Below are positions 26,546 to 34,957 of a DNA stretch of 64,000 nt, piece by piece. The stretch is from an uncultured Pseudomonadota bacterium. GTDB lineage: Bacteria; Pseudomonadota; Alphaproteobacteria; RF32; CAG-239. The notes below the pieces were generated by a model. The model saw nothing but the letters and a program-made list of their open reading frames with translations, was not told the origin of the DNA and did not search any database. Made by a program: the position numbers and the translations under genes. The stretch lies in the NCBI GenBank assembly GCA_949298065.1, contig CASFUZ010000001.1:18793-82792 (forward strand), written 5' to 3'. Positions within the stretch are counted from its first letter, which is position 1; the number at the start of each line of letters is the position of its first letter.

Positions 26546-27526
26546 TTAATCCAAATATTCTGACTTTACACTTCCGTCCGCATCTACATAGCTGTGTTTT
26601 CTCCTTTTGGTATATTCATCATAGCGCATACCGCTATAGTTATAGAGAGATTTATCCGCACCGGCAGCAAGCAAAATGTCAACAGCCGCCTGATTCCCGA
26701 AGGCATAAAATAGCGGTGTGTTTCCTTGTGCGTCCCGAATATTTACATCAGCACCTTTAGAAATCAAAAACTTCAATATCTCTAAATCTACGGGACGCGT
26801 TCCGACTAAGGCAGAAAAGATAACCGGTTTGCCGTCAGAATCTTTGGCATTCACATCAGCACCATTCTCAACCAACAAAGTCACGGTTTTCAATACATAG
26901 TCGTCCGCGCTTTGCGAAGCAATCTTGTAGACCTGATTAATCTTATATTTCAAAAGATCCAAATCTTCCTGCGTTACGGCATCACACGACTTAGCAAAAT
27001 TAGCAATACAATAATTGTTATCCATACCGGATTTTATTGCATCCACAAGAACATTATAAAAATTTTTTTCAAAACCATCAATTTTAAACGGAATAAGCAT
27101 AGCGGATTCTAATGGTAAATTATGCAATTTACTTCCGCTTTCTTGATTGGGGTTAGCACCGGCTTCCAATATAATCTTAACTTTTTCCAAGGCGTTATCA
27201 GGAGAAATTTGCGACGTAAGCGCTCCGAAAGCATAAGAAACGGCATCAATAGCGTACAATAATGTATTTTTCCCGTTATAAGTAAGATTAACATCAAAAC
27301 CATCTTTAATAAGGTTGCGCAAATCATCAGGCGAGCCTTCAAGCATAATTTTTTTGAATTTTTCATAAGTTTCTTTGCTCATTTCATTTTGTGAGGCAGG
27401 CGCAACAACGCTATTCTCCGCACTCAGGCTCAGTGAGAGCGGTGTAAGACAAAATATTCCCGACAAAGCCAAAGCAACAAAAGACAATTTTTTCATAAAA
27501 ACTCTCCTCAAATTATTTAAAGACAA
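26546..27526 (-). CDS. Secreted ankyrin-repeat protein
   Basis: Signal peptide (MKKLSFVALALSGIFCLTPLSLSLSA). Several ankyrin repeats (GANPNQES..., NGADVNAKDSDGKPVIFSAL, KGADVNIRDAQGNTPLFYAF, LLAAGADKSL). Its start overlaps the upstream HD gene by 14 nt. Confidence 0.75.
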   Translation of the reverse strand: MSLNNLRRVFMKKLSFVALALSGIFCLTPLSLSLSAENSVVAPASQNEMSKETYEKFKKIMLEGSPDDLRNLIKDGFDVNLTYNGKNTLLYAIDAVSYAFGALTSQISPDNALEKVKIILEAGANPNQESGSKLHNLPLESAMLIPFKIDGFEKNFYNVLVDAIKSGMDNNYCIANFAKSCDAVTQEDLDLLKYKINQVYKIASQSADDYVLKTVTLLVENGADVNAKDSDGKPVIFSALVGTRPVDLEILKFLISKGADVNIRDAQGNTPLFYAFGNQAAVDILLAAGADKSLYNYSGMRYDEYTKRRKHSYVDADGSVKSEYLD

Positions 27527-28139
27527 CTTTAAGTAATTCTTTATATTCTTTATTTATTTTGTTGTAATTTCTTAATTTATTGTTTAATAATTCTCCGATT
27601 GTTTCATAATACCAATGCTGGTCTTCTTTGCCGGAGTTATAATCTTGCCACATACTTTCGCCGCAGTCTTGCAAGGTTCTGTAAAAAGACCGCAGGTTAG
27701 AAAGCTTGTCGGCGGCAATCAAAAGCATACCGTTTTTGCTCTTTGTGCGCTTAAGATAGCCGATTGTTTCCAGCTTGCGCTGTTTCCATGGCATAGATTT
27801 ATCTTTTTCGGTGTCAGCCAATACAAGTTTGATAATCTCTTTGGCTTTGGAAGGAGCAAACAAACATTCCATATCCGCAATTGTCTTGTTGGTGTCTTCC
27901 AAAACATCGTGGAGTAGGCCGGCAATAACCAAGTTTTCGCAAGCTTTGTGCTCCATCAAAATTCCGGCGACTTCAAATAAGTGAGAAACATAGGGAATAT
28001 CAGAGCTTTTGCGCGTTTGTCCGCGGTGCGCCTCCATCACAAACTCTGCCGCCACAATCATCGGAGCAGTCAGCTCATTCTGATGTTTTGCCAAAAACTC
28101 CTGAAACAACTCAACCGCCCACTGATGATTATATCGCAT
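27513..28139 (-). CDS. Small alarmone hydrolase: stand-alone SpoT/RelA-type HD domain ((p)ppGpp pyrophosphohydrolase-like, Mesh1-like)
   Basis: AHRGQTRKSSDIPYVSHLFEVAGIL...ENLVIAGLLHDVLEDT matches the RelA/SpoT HD hydrolase signature. It is only 208 aa and has no synthetase, TGS or ACT domains. Confidence 0.65.
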   Translation of the reverse strand: MRYNHQWAVELFQEFLAKHQNELTAPMIVAAEFVMEAHRGQTRKSSDIPYVSHLFEVAGILMEHKACENLVIAGLLHDVLEDTNKTIADMECLFAPSKAKEIIKLVLADTEKDKSMPWKQRKLETIGYLKRTKSKNGMLLIAADKLSNLRSFYRTLQDCGESMWQDYNSGKEDQHWYYETIGELLNNKLRNYNKINKEYKELLKVVFK

Positions 28140-28152
28140 TTTTTCTCTCCAA

Positions 28153-29220
28153 TCAGTCGTTAATCACAATCTGCCAAGATTTTCCTTGAGGTTCATATTT
28201 ATCAAATAACAAGTCGGCCATAAACTTTGTAACCACGCGCTCGTTATATTCGGTATGAATTTTTTGCCAACCTTTGCGCGCAACTTCCATTCGCTTTTGC
28301 GGATTTTCTTTAAAATACCGAAGCTTATCAAAAAATTCTTCTTTAGTATCATAAAAAGCGGCTTCATCTTCCTCAAAGAGCGTAGAAAATCCGTTTCTTC
28401 TGTCAATAAAAGCCAATTGTCCGTCCGCCATAATATGCGCCAACCTGTCAGAGCTATACAAATATATATCGTTAACACGGCTCAAGTTCAAGCCCATAGC
28501 CGCTTTGCCCAAAGCCTCAATATATTCGTAGCCGTTGAGGTTAGGGTTGCCTTTAAGTCCGGCCAAAAGCCATTTCAGATTCGGAACTTTTGCATTCGCT
28601 TCATCAATAACTTGCTCAATTTCCTCATCTTTTCCGCAAAATTGGCGCTTGCCCGTATTTGTGCAAAGCATAATATCATAGGGCAGGCTTTCTTTCTCAA
28701 AGCAACGGTTTGTTTCAATAGAATTATCAGCCATATTAGGAAGATAAGCCACTTTATTGCGCGGGAGCTTAAATTGCCGCAGAAGCTTTTCATCTCCGGT
28801 TGAAATCATCAAAACATCAACCGCATCCAAATATTTCTTTAAGGCGGCAATATTGCGCTCAGCCAACCCCGGAACAATCCAATCACAACTCCATTGCATA
28901 ATGCGAAGGTGAGGGAAAATCTCTTTGATTTTTAAGATGGTGTCTGCTTCAATTAAATCTGCATGCCCGATAAGCAAAGCATCTGGTTTAACGGTTTTGC
29001 AATAGTTGATGAGGTGCTGGTTGAGTTTTCTCTTGCCCCAAAAATTCATATGCCCAAAACCAAACATCCGACACAAATCTCTGTCCGGATAGTTCAAAAC
29101 CGCATAGCCGTTACGAATCAAGCCATTAGAAATTTTAATCGGAAAACCGTTTTGAAAACAACCCTTTAGGCGCATAAGATTAAAGTTAGATATATGGACA
29201 ATATTCTTCATAACCGACAC
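28153..29220 (-). CDS. CgeB-like glycosyltransferase (GT1-related)
   Basis: 355 aa. Overall resemblance to the CgeB/DUF3880 glycosyltransferase family. It is tightly coupled (1 nt) to the upstream hypothetical gene. Confidence 0.5.
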   Translation of the reverse strand: MSVMKNIVHISNFNLMRLKGCFQNGFPIKISNGLIRNGYAVLNYPDRDLCRMFGFGHMNFWGKRKLNQHLINYCKTVKPDALLIGHADLIEADTILKIKEIFPHLRIMQWSCDWIVPGLAERNIAALKKYLDAVDVLMISTGDEKLLRQFKLPRNKVAYLPNMADNSIETNRCFEKESLPYDIMLCTNTGKRQFCGKDEEIEQVIDEANAKVPNLKWLLAGLKGNPNLNGYEYIEALGKAAMGLNLSRVNDIYLYSSDRLAHIMADGQLAFIDRRNGFSTLFEEDEAAFYDTKEEFFDKLRYFKENPQKRMEVARKGWQKIHTEYNERVVTKFMADLLFDKYEPQGKSWQIVIND

Positions 29221-29916
29221 TCATTGTTTAAGAGATAACAAAAATTTAGCCAAGATTTTAAATAATGGACGCAAAAAACGCGGAGCTTGCCCAACGGCAG
29301 AGAACATAACCGCAATTCTGTGAATATTGCAGTCTATGGCCACCCCCATACGATGATGTCCTTGATTAAGCGTGTCTTGCACGCCCAAAATACGGCAAAG
29401 CATAATATCTATCGGAAAACGGTCATCATATCCGTTGGTTAACATACTTTCCTTAAGTTTTGCATACATATCTTTTCTTTGGGCTTTGGCTATTTTGTGC
29501 TTAGAATTGGTAAATTTATAAGCATTTTCTTGAGTCCTGAAATTTCGCTCAATCTTTTTTTCCCTAATTTCAAAGGGATCAATATGATAAACCCGAGAGG
29601 AATAGAACTTATGTTTGTATCTCAACACGCGGATAAGCGGTGATAATAAGTCAAAACGGCTGATTTTGGGTACAAAAGCAATCCGAACCGGGATAAAAGC
29701 TTGTTTTTGCTCAATAGCTTTTTTCACCGCTTCGCGCCCGCGCAGGAGCGTGTCCGGTGTTCCGCTTGATTTATCAATCCAAATCGGATTATGTCCGATG
29801 AGTAAGATAACTTCATCTGAAACATTAACATCATCTTTTATATTGCTGTCTTTTAATGAAATTAAATCATTCGGGTCAAGATGATATATTTCAGATGAAT
29901 AGCAGATACAAGACAT
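29221..29916 (-). CDS. Hypothetical protein; possible sulfotransferase/P-loop-like (IWIDKSSGTPDTLL), weak
   Basis: I placed the start at MSCICYSSE (29916), preceded by an AAAGGAGC RBS. It is the first gene of a four-gene minus-strand operon. Confidence 0.45.
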   Translation of the reverse strand: MSCICYSSEIYHLDPNDLISLKDSNIKDDVNVSDEVILLIGHNPIWIDKSSGTPDTLLRGREAVKKAIEQKQAFIPVRIAFVPKISRFDLLSPLIRVLRYKHKFYSSRVYHIDPFEIREKKIERNFRTQENAYKFTNSKHKIAKAQRKDMYAKLKESMLTNGYDDRFPIDIMLCRILGVQDTLNQGHHRMGVAIDCNIHRIAVMFSAVGQAPRFLRPLFKILAKFLLSLKQ

Positions 29917-30100
29917 AAAAAAGCTCCTTTTCCTACACAAAGTACAATAAATAAGCCTTTGACGCAAACAAAATCTGCGCACATTCCCACGCTTTTTAAA
30001 CAAAGTCGTTTTGTTACGTTTTTGTTACAAAATCAGTTGTTATGCGCTTTTGTTTATGCTATAATAAAACTATAATATAATTATGGAACGGAGGCCTAAT

Positions 30101-30613
30101 ATGAGAGAAATGATTGAAACTCCGGGCATGACCTTTTTAAGAAGATTGGACATTGCCAAAGAGAACAAAACGACATTATTTGCGTTTTTGTACCAAACCC
30201 TACAGAAAGCCAATCCGTCAGAAGACAGCAAAAATTTAAGCAAAAAGCTGGATGAAGTCAGCGACTTAGATGCTATGGTCAATTACCATGGTATTCTGGC
30301 CGAGTTCCAAATCAAGCGCAACGAAGAAGCCATACAACATTCTCAAAAGCAGCTCAGAGGCCTGCGCTGCTTGGGTGAAAACAGTTTTGACTATGAGGCT
30401 ATGATGCAGCGTAAAATAGCTGTTTTATCAAGTTTCAAGCCGGAAGCCAAAGATTGCATATATTTATCAATGTTGCGTTATGTAAAAGACAAAAATTATG
30501 GTTCTGCAAAAGATTTTAAACGCGAGTTCAAAAGTTACATTAATTCTTATAATCAAAATTATACAATGCAAAAAGCTTTTGCAATGCAAAGAGAAGGCGG
30601 AATTAATTATTAA
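30101..30613 (+). CDS. Hypothetical protein
   Basis: A GGAGG RBS lies 8 nt upstream of the ATG at 30101. No recognisable motifs. Divergent from the glycosyltransferase operon. Confidence 0.4.
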   Translation: MREMIETPGMTFLRRLDIAKENKTTLFAFLYQTLQKANPSEDSKNLSKKLDEVSDLDAMVNYHGILAEFQIKRNEEAIQHSQKQLRGLRCLGENSFDYEAMMQRKIAVLSSFKPEAKDCIYLSMLRYVKDKNYGSAKDFKREFKSYINSYNQNYTMQKAFAMQREGGINY

Positions 30614-30666
30614 TAAACCAAAATCAGATAAAATCTCCTTGTTCCGCAAGACAGGGAGATTTTTTT

Positions 30667-32046
30667 ATGACTGCTGTTTATACTTTGGGCATAATGACCG
30701 GAAATTCGTTGGATGCTACGGATGTTGTGCTGACATCTTTTGAAGACGACAATATTTCGGATATTGCAGCTTATAGCAAAGCTTACCCGAAAAGCCTAAC
30801 GCAAAAAATGCTTGCTTTGCGGCAGAAAATAAACGCAGTTAATGCAGATATGAGCAAGCTTGAGCAAGATGAAGAAGTTATCAATGCCATCAATGAATAT
30901 ACTATGGAAGTGGCGCAAACGGTTAACGAGTTTCTGCAACAGACGGATTTTCCCAAAGAAAAAATAGCCGCCATTGGTTTTCATGGTCAAACTTGTGATC
31001 ACTTTCCGCCATCTATCGCTCAAGGCAAAGCACCATACACCATTCAGGTTGGCAACGCGCAAATGCTGGCTGATTTGACCAAAATTCCGGTCATTTATGA
31101 TTTCCGCTCAGATGATATTATGAACGGAGGCGAGGGCGCGCCGCTTGCGCCGGTTCACAACCAACATTTAGCCAAAGCCTTACAACAAAAAGGAGTATTT
31201 CCCGTTGCTTTTTGCAATGCAGGCAACACGGGTAACATTGCAATCATATCCAAGGATAATAAAGGCAAAAGCATTGTCAAAGGCTGGGATACGGGGCCTT
31301 TCAATCATTATACGGACTATCTTCTCCGCAAATACAAAAACTTGCCTTATGACAAAGATGGAGCTTGGGCAGCAAAAGGGCAGATTATTCCGGAGCTGTT
31401 AAGAGAATTATTTAATACCCTTGCGGTTAATGCCAATGGCAAAAACTTTTATCTTCTGCCGCCGCCGAAATCATCTGACCCCAGCTGGTATAAAGAAACC
31501 GAAAGTCTGAACTGTTCCGAATATTCCTTTGAAGACACCTTAAGAACCGTGCTTTATCTGAGTTCTTATGGTTTTGCACATAGTTTGTCCTATGTTCCGG
31601 ATGATGTCTTGTTTCCGTCAGATTTTCTGATTTTTGGCGGCGGCTGGAAAAATCCGGTAGCGCTAGCTGATTTTAAGGATTTATTACAAGGAAAATCGCT
31701 AATTCTGCCGGAACATCAGGAAACTTTTGCCGAAATATATAAGCGTTTAGGTCAAGAGCCAAAAGTTGATTGGTCAGATAAATACGGCATCAGCGGTCAA
31801 TATATGGAAGCGCGTATCTTTGCAGATATGGCTTATTGCCGCATCATAGGCGAGGCTTTTACTTATCCTGAGAGTAGCGGTTGCAAACAGCCCGTAATAG
31901 GGGGAATATATGTCTTGCCCTCTGAAAACAAGCCTTATTTGCTGACAAAACTATTGGAAAAACACCAAACGGCAGATTTAAATAAAGAAATCCCGGCTCC
32001 AAAGTTATGGAACCGGGCTATTAAAGCTTGGCAAACTATAAAATAG
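30667..32046 (+). CDS. anmK: Anhydro-N-acetylmuramic acid kinase
   Basis: N-terminal LGIMTGNSLDATDVVL (the AnmK GxMSGTSxDGxD-type motif). ASKHA-fold length, with an extra roughly 80 aa. Confidence 0.75.
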   Translation: MTAVYTLGIMTGNSLDATDVVLTSFEDDNISDIAAYSKAYPKSLTQKMLALRQKINAVNADMSKLEQDEEVINAINEYTMEVAQTVNEFLQQTDFPKEKIAAIGFHGQTCDHFPPSIAQGKAPYTIQVGNAQMLADLTKIPVIYDFRSDDIMNGGEGAPLAPVHNQHLAKALQQKGVFPVAFCNAGNTGNIAIISKDNKGKSIVKGWDTGPFNHYTDYLLRKYKNLPYDKDGAWAAKGQIIPELLRELFNTLAVNANGKNFYLLPPPKSSDPSWYKETESLNCSEYSFEDTLRTVLYLSSYGFAHSLSYVPDDVLFPSDFLIFGGGWKNPVALADFKDLLQGKSLILPEHQETFAEIYKRLGQEPKVDWSDKYGISGQYMEARIFADMAYCRIIGEAFTYPESSGCKQPVIGGIYVLPSENKPYLLTKLLEKHQTADLNKEIPAPKLWNRAIKAWQTIK

Positions 32047-32427
32047 TTATTGCTGAGCTTCAGCTTCCTGATTAGCAACAGATGCTTTGATTTGCTCGGC
32101 GAGCTTGCGCATCATATTCTGCAACGCAGCCATATATTCGTCTTCGCTGAGCAAACCATCATTGTCCGTATCAAAGCCGTTGAAAGCATTTTCAGCTTTG
32201 ATTCTGGCCTCTTGAGTTGAATAATCAATAAATTCGTTCAAAGAGATTGCGCCGTCGCTGTTTGCATCCACATTCGCAAATTCAGCCTTAACGGCAACTT
32301 TCAACTTTTCCTGAATTTCCTCGGCAGAAGGTTGTGTTTGCTGTTCTTCTGAAGCTTCTTGCGCATAAGTCAGGTTCACCGAGAACAATAAAGCCAAAGT
32401 CGCAGACAATAACATCAATTTTTTCAT
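32047..32427 (-). CDS. Secreted EF-hand calcium-binding protein
   Basis: Signal peptide, and two canonical EF-hand loops: DANSDGAISLNEF and DTDNDGLLSEDEY. Confidence 0.7.
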   Translation of the reverse strand: MKKLMLLSATLALLFSVNLTYAQEASEEQQTQPSAEEIQEKLKVAVKAEFANVDANSDGAISLNEFIDYSTQEARIKAENAFNGFDTDNDGLLSEDEYMAALQNMMRKLAEQIKASVANQEAEAQQ

Positions 32428-32451
32428 AATTTGCTCCTTTATAATAAGGGG

Positions 32452-33972
32452 TTAATAGCTTCTGGCATAGATAACATCAATTGTTGCGTCAGCTTTGCCG
32501 GTCAGCAAACATTCGCCTTTTGTACCGCTTTGGTCAAACGGAATACAACGAATGGTGATTTTCATAGCCTTCAAAAGCTCTTCAGAGTTAGCATCTCCGC
32601 TCCATTTTCCGCGAACAAAGGCAACTTTTCCGTCTTTGCCGTCTTCAATCCAAGAGTTGGAGTTAGAAAAATATTCCTGAAAATCTTTTTGCGTTTTGAT
32701 ATCCGTACGCACATTCTTTTCAAGACGAGCTTTAGCTTTTTCAAACATTTCTTTTTGGATGTTTTCCAAGCGTTGTGCAACGGTCTTAACAAATTCGTCT
32801 TTGTTAAGTACCATTTTGCCTTCCGCTGTGCCGAGACGAATACGCTCTTTGAGCATAACATTATTTTCAGCCACATCGCGAGGTCCGATTTCAAGAATAA
32901 TCGGCGCACCTTTGCGAGTCCACTCCCAAAACTTATCAACACTCTTGCGATCGCGCTTATCAAGCTTGATACGGATTTTCTCGCCGAACGGCTTTTGCGC
33001 CAAAAGCTCAGCTTGCAAGCCTTTAATATAAGACATAACATTTTCTTCATCACTGTCATTTTTGATGACGGGGATAATAACAACCTGATAAGGTGCAATT
33101 TTCGGCGGAACAACCATACCCTCATCATCAGCGTGCGTCATAATCACACCGCCGATAAGACGTGTTGACACACCCCAAGAGGTTGTATAAGCAAATTCTG
33201 GTTGGTTGTTTTTGTTAACAAAAGAGATATTAGCAGATTTTGCAAAATTCTGTCCGAGGAAGTGAGATGTACCGGCTTGCAGAGCTTTACCGTCTTGCAT
33301 CATAGCCTCAACGCAATAAGTGTCAACCGCGCCGGGGAATTTTTCGTGCTCAGGTTTGCGTCCGCAAATAACCGGCATAGCCAAAGTTTCTTCACAAAGC
33401 TCACGATAAGCTTCCAGCATACGTTTGGTTTCTTCTTCGGCCTCTTGCGCAGAGGAGTGAGCCGTATGGCCTTCTTGCCACAAGAATTCGCGTGTTCTCA
33501 AAAACAGGCGAGGGCGCATTTCCCAACGGACCACGTTTGCCCATTGGTTAACCAAAACCGGCAAATCGCGGTATGACTTAACCCATTTTGAGAAAGAGTC
33601 GGCAATAATAGCCTCTGATGTCGGGCGTACGATTAAAGGTTCATCCAGTTCTGAATCGGGCGTAAGTTTACCGTCTTTCATAGAGAGGCGAGAATGCGTA
33701 ACCACAGCCATCTCTTTGGCAAAACCGTCCACATGTTCAGCTTCTTTTTGGAAAAAGGAAAGCGGGATAAACATTGGAAAATAGCAGTTTTCGTGGTCGG
33801 TTGACTTAATTCTCTCATCAAAAACATCGCGGATACGCTCCCAAATACCATATCCCCAAGGTTTAATAACCATACACCCCGGGCTGGATGAGTTCTCGGC
33901 CATATCTGCTTCAGCCACAACGTTTTGATACCATTCCGGATAGTTACCGGCTCTTGTATTTTTCAATGTCAT
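32452..33972 (-). CDS. proS: Proline--tRNA ligase, archaeal/eukaryote-like type (no INS editing domain; C-terminal Zn-domain ending ...YARSY)
   Basis: Class II aaRS motifs and an anticodon-binding domain. The C-terminus ...GKADATIDVIYARSY is typical of the ProRS-C_1 domain. I placed the start at MTLKNTRAGNYPEWY (33972). Confidence 0.85.
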   Translation of the reverse strand: MTLKNTRAGNYPEWYQNVVAEADMAENSSSPGCMVIKPWGYGIWERIRDVFDERIKSTDHENCYFPMFIPLSFFQKEAEHVDGFAKEMAVVTHSRLSMKDGKLTPDSELDEPLIVRPTSEAIIADSFSKWVKSYRDLPVLVNQWANVVRWEMRPRLFLRTREFLWQEGHTAHSSAQEAEEETKRMLEAYRELCEETLAMPVICGRKPEHEKFPGAVDTYCVEAMMQDGKALQAGTSHFLGQNFAKSANISFVNKNNQPEFAYTTSWGVSTRLIGGVIMTHADDEGMVVPPKIAPYQVVIIPVIKNDSDEENVMSYIKGLQAELLAQKPFGEKIRIKLDKRDRKSVDKFWEWTRKGAPIILEIGPRDVAENNVMLKERIRLGTAEGKMVLNKDEFVKTVAQRLENIQKEMFEKAKARLEKNVRTDIKTQKDFQEYFSNSNSWIEDGKDGKVAFVRGKWSGDANSEELLKAMKITIRCIPFDQSGTKGECLLTGKADATIDVIYARSY

Positions 33973-34080
33973 ATCTAAATTCCTTTTTTTTAATATCGCA
34001 ATTAAAGACCCGCAGCCCCAATGCCGCAGGTAACGCCCCAATTTAACAAAGAATTTTTAATTTGTGAATAGCTAATTTAT

Positions 34081-34113
34081 AAAAAAAACAGCTCTGTTAG
34101 CCGTCAGAGCTGT
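34081..34113 (-). terminator. Rho-independent terminator for the 34136-34531 gene
   Basis: Stem acagctctg/cagagctgt at 34088-34113. On the minus strand it is followed by a T8 run. Confidence 0.65.
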
Positions 34114-34135
34114 TGGAAGAAAGAGGAGTTTTTTT

Positions 34136-34531
34136 CTATAAAATATCGTCAACTTCTTTGACAGCTTTGCGGTTAGACTTATCTTTCAAAATTTCGGCGC
34201 GATAAGGTTCTCTTGCGGTTTGATTTTTCTTCATCAAATCATTAATTTCTTCGGCTTGTTTTATAGCCAAATTTTTGTTTTCATCAGCTTGTTGCTTGAG
34301 CAGATTTTTAAGGTTTTCATCCAACTGGGATTTATCAATCTTATAAATAGCCTTGTCATATTGCTCAGTAATATCCTTTTTTTCTTTGGCCAACCAATGA
34401 CTTTCAACCAAGAACTCATCTTTGTCGGATTTAGCTTCTGCATTAGACAAGGAGATAACAAACAAAGGCAAAAACAACCCCAAAAACAAAAATGACTTTT
34501 TCATCAACAATCCTTTCCGCAATTTGAACAC
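34136..34531 (-). CDS. Secreted hypothetical protein (charged, helical)
   Basis: Signal peptide (MKKSFLFLGLFLPLFVISLSNAEA), followed by K/E-rich sequence. Confidence 0.45.
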   Translation of the reverse strand: MFKLRKGLLMKKSFLFLGLFLPLFVISLSNAEAKSDKDEFLVESHWLAKEKKDITEQYDKAIYKIDKSQLDENLKNLLKQQADENKNLAIKQAEEINDLMKKNQTAREPYRAEILKDKSNRKAVKEVDDIL

Positions 34532-34690
34532 ACTAACAATATAATAATGAAAAAGAAAAAAACAACCACTAACAGGCTAATAAATTATCTTGCCAAGATT
34601 TGAGAACTATATTACTAATTTAAAGGTAGTCGCCGTTAAAAAGCTTCTATAAACAAAGCGTATCAACCTGTTTGTGAAAAGGATAAAGTT

Positions 34691-34897
34691 ATGGCAACAG
34701 GAACAGTAAAATGGTTTAATAACAAAAAAGGTTATGGCTTCATCACTCCGGATGAAGGCGGTAATGATATTTTCGTTCATATTTCGGCAGTACAGGCCGC
34801 CGGTATGAGAACACTTAATGAAGGAGCCAAAATCAATTATGAATTGGCTACCGAAAGAGGCAAAACGGTTGCCGGAAGTCTTAAATTAGCCGAATAA
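34691..34897 (+). CDS. cspA: Cold-shock protein, CspA family
   Basis: GTVKWFNNKKGYGFITPDEGGNDIFVHIS carries the RNP1/RNP2 motifs. 68 aa. Confidence 0.9.
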   Translation: MATGTVKWFNNKKGYGFITPDEGGNDIFVHISAVQAAGMRTLNEGAKINYELATERGKTVAGSLKLAE

Positions 34898-34922
34898 TTA
34901 CCGGCCATTTTACGAACAAAAA

Positions 34923-34955
34923 TTAAGCTCCACTGATTTGCGGAGCTTTTTTTGA
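34923..34955. terminator. Bidirectional terminator (cspA on plus, murE on minus)
   Basis: Stem agctccac/gcggagct at 34925-34948 with T7 runs on both strands. Confidence 0.7.
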
Positions 34956-34957
34956 GA

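Noticed and set aside
34532-34690. 159-nt leader upstream of cspA as a cold-box or thermosensor RNA element.
   Set aside because: Long 5' UTRs are expected for cspA genes, but I cannot recognise a specific cold-box sequence or structure by eye. It is plausible but unsupported.
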